Notes: generated by a model not told the origin, from the sequence alone. 45,181 nt of DNA from an uncultured Bacteroidota bacterium (GCA_903889265.1 CAISWS010000059.1:1-45181), one strand, 5' to 3'. Positions 9,464 to 19,637 are shown, counted from the first letter of the stretch. Made by a program: numbers and translations.

Positions 9464-12211
9464 CTATTTTTTCTTCCCCTCAAAATCCCCCGCCTGCACG
9501 TAAGTTATCTTTTCAGGTTTAAGCCATTTGCGGATGGTGCTGTTTACTTCAGCCAGCGAAACGCTGCTTATTTTATCGTCAACCTGACCGCTGAAGGCCA
9601 TGGTTCTACCTATAAACAGGTTGCCAGCTAAACGGAAGGCAAGGCCAGCATCGTTGGCGCGGCCTACTTTACGTTCCTGCAGGTAACCGGCGCGGGCATC
9701 TTTTATTTCGTCTTCGGTAAAGCCTTTGTCCAGTAGTCTTGCTATCTCTTCTTTATAGGCTGCAACCAGTTTATCGCCGTTAACAGGATTATAAATGGCG
9801 TAAGAGCCAAAGTTGCCCACTTTATCCTGGTTATCGGCTGATATCCAGGAGCCTACTCCATAGCTAATTCCTTCTTTTTGGCGGATACGTTCAGCCAGCC
9901 GCGAGTTCAGGAAACCTCCTCCCAGCATAAAGTTGCCCAATAACAAAGCAGGGTAATCAGGGTCATCATCGCGCATTTGAATATTATAACCGGCCATTAA
10001 ATTGGCGTTGGCCTTATCAGGAGTATTTATTTTTTCGTCCTTCGCTGCTACGTCAAAATACTGGCTTTCGGCGCGCTCATATTTTACCGGCGAATCCCAG
10101 TTTTGCAGCATATTGGTTAGCTGTTTGGCAACGGCCTCCTCATCAAACTCGCCAACTACGGCAACAGTTGCGTGGGTGCTGTTATAAAAATCCTTGTAAA
10201 ACTTTTTAACCTCATCAAGCTTAACAGCTTTTACGGCTTGCGCCTGGTCAGCAAAATTAAACGAGTGCCTGAAATCATCCGGTGGGTATGGGTTCAGTAT
10301 CTGGTCGAAACGGTTGTTGGCCAATGAGCCGGGTTCAGATTTTTGCTGGTCAATCTGGTCCAGGCTTTCCTGAATTATTTTATCAAACTCGTTAGCAGGG
10401 AAGGTTGAGCGGCGCAGCAGGTCTTCAACAATTTTCAGTGTTTCCAACAGGTTGTTATGCGTGGTTTGAATGCGCACTGCCAGCTCCTGGCCATAGGAAT
10501 ATATTTGTACATCTGCTTTCAACTTATCAAAAGCATCAATGATTTGCTGAGAGTTACGTGTTGCTGTTCCTTTGGTTAACAGGTTACCGGTAATTTCGGC
10601 CACCTTCATTTTTCCGGCTAACGTTTGTTTAGATCCCAAGCGCAGTGTCATATTTACGTTCACGGCACCCCCACGGGTGGTTTTGTTCAGCAGGGCATAT
10701 TTTGCGCCACCAGGTATGGTGCCGGTTTTGGTGCGCTTGTCAATATTTGCAGGGCTTACATCAAACGTTTCGGCATCCTGTAATTTTGCTTTGACTTTAT
10801 AATCTTTAAGCACGGCACCCAAATCAGGCCTGGCAGGTATTGTTGCCCTGTCTGATTTTTCTTCCGGAATAAAAACGCCGGTGGTGCGGTTACTGGGTTT
10901 TAAATACGTTTTAATCACCCGGTTAACATCATCGGCTGTTACTTTTTCAAGCAAATCGCGGTATAAAAACCAAAGCCTCCAATCGCCCTGTGCAATGTAT
11001 TCGCTCAGTGTTAAGCCCACATATTCGCAATTGTTATAAGCCTGGTCGAAATCTTTCAGGCGCTTGTTGCGTGCGCGGTCTACCTCTGCATCAGTAACGG
11101 GGTTATATTTCAAACTATCCAATAAATTCGTGAAAGTATGTTTGGCATCGTCCAATGACTTTTCTTTTAATATATCTGCAGAAAAGCCTATCATACCCGG
11201 GTCGTGTAAAGCTTCGGCATAACCACCCACATTGCTTGCTTTTTTACTTTCAACCAAAGCCTTGTAGAGCCGGCCTGATGGTTCATTGGTCAGCACATCA
11301 GCCAGAATATCCAGTGCCGGATAATCCGGGTGTGCCCCGTTGCAAATGTGGTAACCGCAGGCAACCACCTGCACATCGCCGGTTCTTCTTAACTCGCAGT
11401 AACGTTCGCCATCTTGTGTAGGTTCAACGGTATAAGGTTCCTGTAGTTTTCTTTGGGGTGCAGGTATTTTTCCGAAGTATTCATTTACCAGGGCCAGTGT
11501 TTTTACCTCGTCAATTTTGCCGGTAACCAGTAATACAGCATTGTCCGGTTGGTAATATTTATGGTAGAATGCCTGCAGGTTTTCAATAGGCACCATTTCA
11601 ATATCTTCTTTAGAACCTATAACCGCTTTACCATAATTGTGCCACAGGTAAGCGGTGCTTTTTATCCGCTCGTTTAATATAGTGGAAGGATAATTCTCAT
11701 TCATTTCAAACTCATTGCGCACCACGCTGAATTCCGACTCCAGGTCTTTTTTAGCAACAAAGGAATTTATCATCCGGTCACTTTCCAGGTCGAGCGCCCA
11801 TTTCAGGTTGTCGTCGGTAGCCGAGAAGGTTTCAAAATAATTAGTACGGTCGTACCAGGTGCTGCCGTTGGGGCTGGCTCCGTGTGCGGTTAACTCCTGC
11901 GGTACATTCGGGTGCTTGGTTGAACCTTTAAACAGCATGTGTTCCAGTAAGTGTGCCATACCGGTTTCGCCATAACCCTCCAGGCGCGAACCTACGGTAT
12001 AAGTAATGTTTACTGTAATGGTTGGCTTTGATTGGTCAGGGAAAAGCAGCACATGCAGGCCATTGGCTAATTTGTATTCAGTAATGCCTTCAACGCTTGT
12101 TACCTTAACGGGGTCAGTTAAAGGGGATTTAGACTGTTGAGCCCGTAACGACAAGGCAGCGAAAATAAAAAGGATAAAAATTTTTGCGCAGAGTTGAGTA
12201 TGCTTTTGCAT
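9464..12211 (-). CDS. M16 family (insulinase/PqqL-like) zinc protease, secreted
   Basis: HLLEHM inverzincin motif, NGST...RTNY, two-half architecture with RLAERIRQKEGISYG, signal peptide. Confidence 0.93.
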   Translation of the reverse strand: MQKHTQLCAKIFILFIFAALSLRAQQSKSPLTDPVKVTSVEGITEYKLANGLHVLLFPDQSKPTITVNITYTVGSRLEGYGETGMAHLLEHMLFKGSTKHPNVPQELTAHGASPNGSTWYDRTNYFETFSATDDNLKWALDLESDRMINSFVAKKDLESEFSVVRNEFEMNENYPSTILNERIKSTAYLWHNYGKAVIGSKEDIEMVPIENLQAFYHKYYQPDNAVLLVTGKIDEVKTLALVNEYFGKIPAPQRKLQEPYTVEPTQDGERYCELRRTGDVQVVACGYHICNGAHPDYPALDILADVLTNEPSGRLYKALVESKKASNVGGYAEALHDPGMIGFSADILKEKSLDDAKHTFTNLLDSLKYNPVTDAEVDRARNKRLKDFDQAYNNCEYVGLTLSEYIAQGDWRLWFLYRDLLEKVTADDVNRVIKTYLKPSNRTTGVFIPEEKSDRATIPARPDLGAVLKDYKVKAKLQDAETFDVSPANIDKRTKTGTIPGGAKYALLNKTTRGGAVNVNMTLRLGSKQTLAGKMKVAEITGNLLTKGTATRNSQQIIDAFDKLKADVQIYSYGQELAVRIQTTHNNLLETLKIVEDLLRRSTFPANEFDKIIQESLDQIDQQKSEPGSLANNRFDQILNPYPPDDFRHSFNFADQAQAVKAVKLDEVKKFYKDFYNSTHATVAVVGEFDEEAVAKQLTNMLQNWDSPVKYERAESQYFDVAAKDEKINTPDKANANLMAGYNIQMRDDDPDYPALLLGNFMLGGGFLNSRLAERIRQKEGISYGVGSWISADNQDKVGNFGSYAIYNPVNGDKLVAAYKEEIARLLDKGFTEDEIKDARAGYLQERKVGRANDAGLAFRLAGNLFIGRTMAFSGQVDDKISSVSLAEVNSTIRKWLKPEKITYVQAGDFEGKKK

Positions 12212-12343
12212 AGAGCAGGGTTTATGATTAAAAACGAATGCGGTTTAGAAAAAGAAGCCGATTACAGAAAAGGTGCGAACTTAAATATATGGCAATAAAC
12301 GCAAGTTATGATAAAATATTTGAAATGTGTGTTTAAACACATT

Positions 12344-12910
12344 TTAAGGATTTGGAGTATTGGGGTCGATACCCATAAACAGGGAGGCTACAATTATTAA
12401 CCAGAAACCTGCACCAAGTAGTAACAGCAAAATCTGGCGGTCGTTTAGCTTGTCATCCACATAACCGTTTTTACTTCCGGTAAAATAGAAGTTAAGTTCG
12501 CGCACCGGAAAAAGGAACGGAATAAACCCCAGGATACTGAACCAATAGTATGGGGCCGGAAGTCTTGCAATTATATTTACGCCAATAACACTGGCCCAAA
12601 CGGCTATGGAGTTATAACTAACATCCGGTTCGTATTCCAGGCAGTATCTTTTTATCTTTTCAAATAACTCAATGCCGAAGAAAAGGAAAAGCACTGCGCG
12701 GGGGCCGGGCCAAATGTCTTCTCCTTCAACTTCTTTAAAGTATTTCCAAACCTTATACTGCCACCAGATGGCGTAAATACCTATCGTAGCTAACCACAAG
12801 AGGGTAAAATGATAAGGATTAATAACAATAGGTTCTGGTTGGTATGAGCCTGGTACAGGTGGGTTGTTTTCTTCTTCGGGGTTTTCAAATTCAGGCATAT
12901 CAGGCTCCAT
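12344..12910 (-). CDS. Hypothetical membrane protein (DUF4234-like)
   Basis: Acidic/Pro-rich N-terminus, TIGIYAIWWQYKVW motif, several TM helices. Confidence 0.6.
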   Translation of the reverse strand: MEPDMPEFENPEEENNPPVPGSYQPEPIVINPYHFTLLWLATIGIYAIWWQYKVWKYFKEVEGEDIWPGPRAVLFLFFGIELFEKIKRYCLEYEPDVSYNSIAVWASVIGVNIIARLPAPYYWFSILGFIPFLFPVRELNFYFTGSKNGYVDDKLNDRQILLLLLGAGFWLIIVASLFMGIDPNTPNP

Positions 12911-13009
12911 GGGGCGAAAATATAGAAATGTTGGACATTGGTAAGTTGGTAAGTGATAACTATTTACTTTTAACCCTCTTTAATTAAAATTACCAAAGGA
13001 AAACAGAAA

Positions 13010-13609
13010 ATGGACTTTAATATTCGCCTTGCTGAAGAGGCAGACTATGCCGGTATGCTGTTGGTTTATAAACCTAATGTGCTCAATACGGCTATAACCT
13101 TTGAATATGAAGTGCCGTCACAGGAGGAGTATTCAAAACGGATAGCGAACATTGTTACACATTATCCCTGCTTCGTTTGTGAGCAGAAAGGGGTGATTGC
13201 CGGTTTTGCTTATGCCGGGCTTTTTAGGGTTAAAGACGCCTATCAATGGTCTGCGGAGACCACCATTTATGTATCGGAAAATTTTCAGAGGAAAGGAATT
13301 GCGAGGGTTTTGTATGATGCACTATTAGCTACGCTTGAACTTCAGGGTTTCGTAAATGTATATGCGGCCGTTACTTTGCCCAACCCACCCAGTGAGAAGC
13401 TACACACCTTTATGGGCTTTGCCGAAATAGGCCTTTTTGAAAAAGTAGGCTTTAAGCATGGCAAATGGCACGACCTGAAATGGTATGAAATGTATTTGGT
13501 GGAGCATCCTAAAAATCCGATACCACCAGCTTCTATCAATGACGTAAAAGAAATAAAGGGATTTTGGGAAATTATTGACAGGGCCAATAAAGCGTTAAAT
13601 CGCGGATAG
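13010..13609 (+). CDS. GNAT N-acetyltransferase (YncA/phosphinothricin acetyltransferase-like)
   Basis: TAITFEYEVP, AYQWSAETTIYV, RKGIARVLY, PNPPSEKLH, GFKHGKWHD. Confidence 0.9.
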   Translation: MDFNIRLAEEADYAGMLLVYKPNVLNTAITFEYEVPSQEEYSKRIANIVTHYPCFVCEQKGVIAGFAYAGLFRVKDAYQWSAETTIYVSENFQRKGIARVLYDALLATLELQGFVNVYAAVTLPNPPSEKLHTFMGFAEIGLFEKVGFKHGKWHDLKWYEMYLVEHPKNPIPPASINDVKEIKGFWEIIDRANKALNRG

Positions 13610-13653
13610 TAAAGAAGTAAGTTTGTATTTGTCTAAATGCTTAATACTAAATA

Positions 13654-14610
13654 CTATTTATTCACCACATTCACATCTAAGGGATATTGGGGCTGCTCAA
13701 CAGCATAATATTCAAATATGGCCTTATGTTTGGTTACAGTAACTTTAATAGCCCCGAAGTGAACGTTATCGCAAAGCCAGTCGTATTTATCTTTCTCTAA
13801 GGGATGCTCGTTGCAGGGATAGTGCTCATTACTGCCACTGCTTCCACAGATTAAATACAAGGGAGCGTTTGAACCCTTAACGGTGGCTTTGGCATAAAAA
13901 TGCTCATGCCCGGTTAATACGGCATCCACACCCCATTCTTTAAACGGCCAGCGCATATCTTTTGAACTTCCGTGCTCGCCTGACGAATAAGGCGGGTGGT
14001 GGAAGTAAACAATCTTAAAGGTTTTGGTGTCTTTCTGCAAAGCATCTTTCAGCCATGATGAAACTTTCGAATCGCAACAGGTCATTTTAGCATCGGTTCC
14101 GGTATTCAGGCTGTAAAAATGAACAGGGCCCCAGGTAAAATCGTAATTGGTTTCATCACCGGGCAGGGTAAAATAATCGAGGTAAGGTTTAAGCGGTGGA
14201 ATAGAATAGTTATCGTGATTACCGGGTGCGGGAAAAAAACGGTTTTGTTTTTGTTGTTCAGCTTTACCGTGGCATTGCCAATCGGGTTTGGCATCGGGGT
14301 TATAAATATAATCGCCGTAATATTTTCCGATGTTGGTTTTGATGGTTGCGGCGCTGCCGGTGGAATAATTGTTATCACCCACCGTAATGATAAAATCAGG
14401 GCTCCACGATTTTACCATTTTGGCTACGGAATCTTCCTGTTTGGTATCGCGGCCATAATCGCCAATTACGGCAAAGGTTATAGAGTCGGCCTGCACATTT
14501 ACTGGTGCACCTGCAGACTTAGCATCGCCAGCGGCTGGTATTTTGGTTGCCGCTACGGCAACAACCAACATTGCGCAAATAATGAGGGACGAAAGTATAT
14601 ATCTAAGCAT
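13654..14610 (-). CDS. Secreted calcineurin-like metallophosphoesterase (acid phosphatase-like)
   Basis: GDYG, GDNNY, GNHD, HHPPY and GHEH metal-binding motifs; signal peptide. Confidence 0.9.
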   Translation of the reverse strand: MLRYILSSLIICAMLVVAVAATKIPAAGDAKSAGAPVNVQADSITFAVIGDYGRDTKQEDSVAKMVKSWSPDFIITVGDNNYSTGSAATIKTNIGKYYGDYIYNPDAKPDWQCHGKAEQQKQNRFFPAPGNHDNYSIPPLKPYLDYFTLPGDETNYDFTWGPVHFYSLNTGTDAKMTCCDSKVSSWLKDALQKDTKTFKIVYFHHPPYSSGEHGSSKDMRWPFKEWGVDAVLTGHEHFYAKATVKGSNAPLYLICGSSGSNEHYPCNEHPLEKDKYDWLCDNVHFGAIKVTVTKHKAIFEYYAVEQPQYPLDVNVVNK

Positions 14611-14736
14611 AGCGAATATTATGCGGCGAATGTAGTAAGGATGTTATTAATCCAGGGTTAATTTGCGATTGGTTCACCTTAATTACATTGCTTTTAGATA
14701 AAATGATTTGTAGTTTCGCCATAAACCTAAACACAT

Positions 14737-15168
14737 ATGAGGCACGATCTGCTGGTATCAAAATCTGTTGACATCCATGCTTCGCCATCAAAAGTCTGGC
14801 ACGCGTTAACAACCCCCGCTATTATCAGCGAATATCTGTATGGTACCGAAACTATTACCGACTGGAAGGTGGGAAGTGAAATTATATTTCAGGGGGAATA
14901 CCAGGGGCATAAGTATAAGGACAAAGGCCGGGTAGTTGAAAATGAACCGGAACGGTTTTTAAGTTACCGGTATTGGAGTGGTTTTTCCGGCCAGGAGGAT
15001 AAACCTGAAAATTACTCGCTGGTGATGTATACTTTAACGCCCAAAGTCAATAACCAAACTACGATTACCTGGACCCAAAAAGGTTTTGCCAATGAAGAAG
15101 GTCGGCAACATTCAGAAAGTGGCATGGATGCTTTTTTGGAAAGTATTAAGAAAATAGTTGAACGCTAA
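14737..15168 (+). CDS. SRPBCC/AHSA1 domain protein
   Basis: IHASPSKVWHALT, TDWKVGS and a C-terminal helix ending KKIVE. Confidence 0.85.
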   Translation: MRHDLLVSKSVDIHASPSKVWHALTTPAIISEYLYGTETITDWKVGSEIIFQGEYQGHKYKDKGRVVENEPERFLSYRYWSGFSGQEDKPENYSLVMYTLTPKVNNQTTITWTQKGFANEEGRQHSESGMDAFLESIKKIVER

Positions 15169-15189
15169 AGCCTGCTGAATAACGAAAAG

Positions 15190-17322
15190 ATGATTAAAAA
15201 ATGTTGCACCGGTTTATTACTCTTCCTGCTGTTTTGTGGCAATGCCCAATCTCAAAGAGAATCCTTTCCTAAAATTGACCCTCAGCAAATTACCATTGCC
15301 CGCGATAGCTTTGGTATACCCCATATTTTTGGAAAAACCGATGCCGAAGTCGCTTATGGTCTTGCCTGGGCCAATGCCGAAGATGCGTTTGAATTCGGGC
15401 AGGACCTGGTATATGCAGGCAAAGCTTACATGGGCCGTGCCGATGGAATTGAAGGGGCCAAAGGCGATTTTTTTATTCACGCCATAGCTGCAAAACAATT
15501 GGTGGAAGAACACTATGATAAAGACCTGAGTCCTGAATTTAAAAAGTACATTGACGGTTTTGGCCAGGGACTAAATGCCTATGCAGCAGCCCACCCAAAA
15601 GAGGTTAAACAAAAAGGCGCCTTTCCGGTAACGACTAAAGACCTGATTACTGCATACGTTGTAACTATGTCGCTATTAACCGGTGCGCCCGATGCGGTTG
15701 GAGCCGCGGTAGGCGGAGACTACGATACCGTTAAAAATGTTTTTCCAATAAATAAGCGCAAACCTGAGGGCTCCAACGCTTTTGCATTAAACAATACCCG
15801 AACAGTGGATGGTGAAACGTATTTGTGCATTAATCCACATATGCAAATGGAAGGGGCGCTTTCGTTTTACGAAGCGCAACTGCACAGTGACGAAGGTTTG
15901 GATATTGAAGGCCCCATGTTTCAGGGCACTAGTTCTTTAGCCATGGGTGTTAACGAAAACCTGGGATGGAGTATGACCTGGAATTTTTTCGACCGCATGG
16001 ATGTTTACAAGCTTGAAATGGTGCCCGGCAAAAAGCTGACTTACAGGTTCGACGGTCAGGAATACAAACTTGAAAAACGCCCTGTATGGTTAAAGGTAGG
16101 TTTGGGCAAGCATCATAAACTGGTATTACCGGTAAAGAAGATGACTTATTGGAGCAAATACGGCTGCACCTTAAAAAGCGATAAGTCGTATAATTTTTAT
16201 TCGTTACGGTTTCCTGCCAACACCACCATCCGCCCGGCCGAGCAACTGTACCGGATGAACAAAGCCCGCAATTACGATGAGTTCCGCGAGGCACTTCGTA
16301 TACATGCCATTACTTTATTTAATGTGATTTATGCCGATAAAGACAACAACATATTTTATTTAGAGCATGGTATGTTGCCGCAACGGCTTGATACTTCCTT
16401 TAACTGGAATGGCCTTTTACCCGGTAACACTTCAAAAAATTTGTGGACGGCACTGGTGCCCATTGACAGTATGCCGCATACCATTAACCCCGCATGTGGT
16501 TATGTATTCAACACCAATAATACTCCCTTCCATGCCACGGCTAAAGATTGCCAGCCGGCTTATACCTATCTGCCCAAACACATGGTTGATGCGCTGCCCG
16601 GCAATAATAACCGCGCAACCCGGTTTGAAGAAATGCTGGGCGAGAAACAGAAGTTTAGCTTAACCGATATAGAAAAACTGAAGTTTGATGTAACCCTATC
16701 GCGCAAGGGAGGCTTTGGGGAATCTATGGAAGGCATATTTCATCTGGACGAAACCAAATACCCGGATATTAAAGAGGCTATTCAGATTTTAAAAACCTGG
16801 AACCGGACTTCGGAAATCCATGAATACGCACCAACCCTGTTGGGCCTGGTAATAAAAAAGATATTCGATAAAAACGGTTGCGATGATAACTGCTTTGTAA
16901 GTGGTTTTAAGGTAGACGAAAGCGAATGGGTAAGCACGCTTCGCGCCGCCTGCGATTCGCTAAAATCTCATTTTGGAACGGTTAAGGTTGAGTGGGGAAC
17001 AGTGCAAAGAAACATCAGGGGAAACAAAAATCTGCCACTTCGCGGATTTCCGGATGTAATGAGCCCTTCTTACCCAAAACAAATACCAGGCACATTTACC
17101 TTTGCCCCTGAGTTTGGCGACACCTACACCATGTTTGCTTCCTTTAATAAAAAGGGGGTAACAAGTTTGGCCGCATTGCAACCACTTGGCAATTCGCTGC
17201 GTCCGGACAGCAAACACTATAACGACCAAATGGAACTTTTCAGCAAACAACAATTACGCCCTTTAAGTTTGAAAAAGGAAGATGTAATGAAAAAGGCTGA
17301 GTCTGTTTACCATCCGCTATAA
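15190..17322 (+). CDS. Penicillin acylase family (S45) Ntn-hydrolase
   Basis: RDSFGIPHI, beta-subunit start SNAFA, INPH, FNVIYAD, NNTP motifs; signal peptide. Confidence 0.9.
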   Translation: MIKKCCTGLLLFLLFCGNAQSQRESFPKIDPQQITIARDSFGIPHIFGKTDAEVAYGLAWANAEDAFEFGQDLVYAGKAYMGRADGIEGAKGDFFIHAIAAKQLVEEHYDKDLSPEFKKYIDGFGQGLNAYAAAHPKEVKQKGAFPVTTKDLITAYVVTMSLLTGAPDAVGAAVGGDYDTVKNVFPINKRKPEGSNAFALNNTRTVDGETYLCINPHMQMEGALSFYEAQLHSDEGLDIEGPMFQGTSSLAMGVNENLGWSMTWNFFDRMDVYKLEMVPGKKLTYRFDGQEYKLEKRPVWLKVGLGKHHKLVLPVKKMTYWSKYGCTLKSDKSYNFYSLRFPANTTIRPAEQLYRMNKARNYDEFREALRIHAITLFNVIYADKDNNIFYLEHGMLPQRLDTSFNWNGLLPGNTSKNLWTALVPIDSMPHTINPACGYVFNTNNTPFHATAKDCQPAYTYLPKHMVDALPGNNNRATRFEEMLGEKQKFSLTDIEKLKFDVTLSRKGGFGESMEGIFHLDETKYPDIKEAIQILKTWNRTSEIHEYAPTLLGLVIKKIFDKNGCDDNCFVSGFKVDESEWVSTLRAACDSLKSHFGTVKVEWGTVQRNIRGNKNLPLRGFPDVMSPSYPKQIPGTFTFAPEFGDTYTMFASFNKKGVTSLAALQPLGNSLRPDSKHYNDQMELFSKQQLRPLSLKKEDVMKKAESVYHPL

Positions 17323-17328
17323 AGCCAT

Positions 17329-17832
17329 CTATTGGCTTGACTGCATGCGATATTTAATGGTAGACCGGGCAACACCAAAGTTTTCGGGCACAATAACATG
17401 GGGTGCAACTGCTTTTATGGCTACCCCAATTAAAGCCAGATGATGGATGGCATGTTCAAGCGCATAAGCCAGTTCGCGTTTATAGCTGGTTTTATATTCT
17501 TCCGGGTCTGGTTGTTCACTGGAGTAAGAGGCAGAAATCACCAGGTTTTTTTCAGGCCTGTTTAAACCGGAAATAATTTCAGCCATACAGGCAAGCGCAG
17601 CTTCCTTATATTGCTCAATCTCCTGGTCGCGTTTGCGGTCATCATAATTGATTATACCTGCTTCATAACCTGTATTCAGGTAAACATAAATTTCGAGCAG
17701 GTGCCTGCAATGCTGTCCTATTCCCGACCCGTTTAGGATATCAGGTTGGGCTGTGTATTCCTCATTCTTCAATTGAACTAACACCTGATTTAGCTCCTCA
17801 AATGTTTCTGTTATTGCCTTTTCTAAATGCAT
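17329..17832 (-). CDS. DinB/YfiT family metal-binding protein
   Basis: GIGQHCRH, YDDRKRD and RELAYALEHAIHH (His triad). Confidence 0.85.
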   Translation of the reverse strand: MHLEKAITETFEELNQVLVQLKNEEYTAQPDILNGSGIGQHCRHLLEIYVYLNTGYEAGIINYDDRKRDQEIEQYKEAALACMAEIISGLNRPEKNLVISASYSSEQPDPEEYKTSYKRELAYALEHAIHHLALIGVAIKAVAPHVIVPENFGVARSTIKYRMQSSQ

Positions 17833-17858
17833 ATTGCTTTTTGTAAGGGACTGTAAAT

Positions 17859-18257
17859 TTAGTTTGCAAAGTAGTTTTTCACCACCGGTATTTCCTTTCT
17901 TCTTAAAACCAGGATAAGTGCAGAGGAAATAAACACGGTTAAGGCTAAAATGAAAAGTTCGCCGTGGTCACCCATCACCTCAATACCCAATAGGGTAAGA
18001 TGGGAAAATACGGCGCCAACCATTACCCCGGCAGCTATTAAAGCGCCTGCCCATGCAAAGCGCGGGGTTAAAAGCAGTATGCCAGCAGTAAGTTCTACAA
18101 TGCCCGAACCAATGCGGCCATATGGTTCGGCACCCAGTTTTGAAAAAATATAAACTGATTCAGGCTGGGCGCTGAATTTAAAATAAAGCGTTTGCAGTAA
18201 AATTACCGAGGCCACAATTTGCAGGGCCCACACCAGGTACGTTTGCAGTTTTGACAT
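17859..18257 (-). CDS. DoxX family membrane protein
   Basis: LLQTLYFKF, EPYGRIGSGIVE, GAVFSH; 4 TM. Confidence 0.85.
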   Translation of the reverse strand: MSKLQTYLVWALQIVASVILLQTLYFKFSAQPESVYIFSKLGAEPYGRIGSGIVELTAGILLLTPRFAWAGALIAAGVMVGAVFSHLTLLGIEVMGDHGELFILALTVFISSALILVLRRKEIPVVKNYFAN

Positions 18258-18287
18258 AAATTTGGGTTTTGGTTAAAAGTAAGTAAT

Positions 18288-18809
18288 TTATTTATTGGTT
18301 ATTTTCTTCCAGTTGGTGTCGGCCAGCGGCAAATATCCTTTTTCGTTTTTGTTCCAGCTGTTTAAGGTGTTATTAAAAAACTTATTGTAAAACAGCAAAA
18401 GCTTACCATTAACAATTTTATATGTCTGGGGGTCTATTTCAACCTTTTCGCCTGATGTTGCCATGGCATAAGCACACCAGCCGCCGTATTGTGGTTGGTA
18501 CTTTGCAGGCTCTTTAATAAATAATTGCCGGTTGGCATCAGTTGCAAAATAATAGGTAGCGCCATTTTGTGTAAATGAAATCGTATTCTTTCCCTGGGTG
18601 GCTTTGCCCAAGGTAAAATAGGCAACTGGGTCATAACCCGAAATGGCTATTCCTTTTTCAAGGTTCAGCGGCTCGCCCGTTGCAGTTGCCATTTGGGCCT
18701 TCATGCTACTACTGAACGCAGTGAGCAGTAAAATGATAGTTGCAACCTTGTAAGGAAGTAACATGTAGTTACGTCTACCTGAATGTTGAGCGTTTGTGCT
18801 TGTTTTCAT
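18288..18809 (-). CDS. YHS domain-containing (seleno)protein family, Cys form
   Basis: AISGYDPVAYF, YYFA, PQYGGWCAYAM, IDP...KLLLFY; signal peptide. Alternative start at 18764. Confidence 0.88.
   Translation of the reverse strand: MKTSTNAQHSGRRNYMLLPYKVATIILLLTAFSSSMKAQMATATGEPLNLEKGIAISGYDPVAYFTLGKATQGKNTISFTQNGATYYFATDANRQLFIKEPAKYQPQYGGWCAYAMATSGEKVEIDPQTYKIVNGKLLLFYNKFFNNTLNSWNKNEKGYLPLADTNWKKITNK
18749..18775 (+). promoter_or_regulatory. Putative ECF sigma promoter facing DUF1223
   Basis: TGTAAGGAAG-N13-CGTC, the same motif as at 18850-18875 and 44235-44260. Confidence 0.55.
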
Positions 18810-18849
18810 AAGTATTTATAAAGTGTTTGTTATACGGTTCAATAGGTAA

Positions 18850-18875
18850 GACGAAGGACTGTTTATTTCCTTACA
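18850..18875 (-). promoter_or_regulatory. Putative ECF sigma promoter for YHS-DoxX-DinB operon
   Basis: Minus strand TGTAAGGAAA-N12-CGTC, about 40 nt upstream of the ATG; identical elements and spacing upstream of msrB. Confidence 0.7.
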
Positions 18876-18888
18876 AAATAATATTTCA

Positions 18889-19629
18889 ATGTATAAAATA
18901 GCGCTTGTTATAATGATTTTACTGGGTTTAACCAGTATACGGAAGCCGAATGAGGGCTTTAAACCAGTTGCAGTTATTGAACTGTTTACATCTGAGGGGT
19001 GCAGCAGTTGCCCGCCGGCGGATAAGCTACTGGCTAAAACTTTAACCTCCTGGCAAGCCGGGCAGGCTAATGTTTTTGCCCTTGCGTTTCATGTAGATTA
19101 CTGGAACAGGCTGGGTTGGAGAGACTCCTTTAGCACCAGTCAGTTCTCAGCGCGGCAAGGCTTGTACGTTTCTGAAATGCACTTAAATGGAGCTTACACG
19201 CCGCAAATGATAGTAAACGGTACTACCGAATTTGTAGGCTCCGATAAAAGTGCGTTGGACAATGCTGTTTTGAAAGCGCTGAATACGAAACAGCAGGCGG
19301 AGTTTATAAACTTAACGGCCTCCTCAAATGGTAACAGCCTGGTTGTAAATTACGGGCTTAACGGTAGTTTTAATGGTTGCCAGGTGCATTTTGCATTGGT
19401 AACACTACATGCAGTTACCTCGGTAAAAAGTGGCGAAAACGGTGGGCATGTGTTAGAGCATACCAATGTTGTAAGGGAATTGCTTTCATATCCCGCTGCA
19501 TCTTCGGGTAAGGCTGTTTTTAATAATTGCAGGGCTTATGATTTGCGCAATACAGGGGTTGTTGCCTTTGTGCAGCAGCAAAACGGATTGCACATTATAG
19601 CAGGTGCTATGGCCCGGCCTGGTAATTGA
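18889..19629 (+). CDS. DUF1223 family thioredoxin-like secreted protein
   Basis: ELFTSEGCSSCPPAD, FHVDYWNRLGWRD, YTPQMIVNG, GENGG, HTNVVR. Confidence 0.92.
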   Translation: MYKIALVIMILLGLTSIRKPNEGFKPVAVIELFTSEGCSSCPPADKLLAKTLTSWQAGQANVFALAFHVDYWNRLGWRDSFSTSQFSARQGLYVSEMHLNGAYTPQMIVNGTTEFVGSDKSALDNAVLKALNTKQQAEFINLTASSNGNSLVVNYGLNGSFNGCQVHFALVTLHAVTSVKSGENGGHVLEHTNVVRELLSYPAASSGKAVFNNCRAYDLRNTGVVAFVQQQNGLHIIAGAMARPGN

Positions 19630-19637
19630 GCGGATTT

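Noticed and set aside
15190-17322. Specific call as an AHL acylase (quorum quenching)
   Set aside because: Substrate specificity cannot be inferred from the motifs, so it is left at family level.
18288-18809. Selenocysteine recoding in the YHS gene
   Set aside because: The GGWC site is a normal Cys codon and the ORF has no in-frame TGA.
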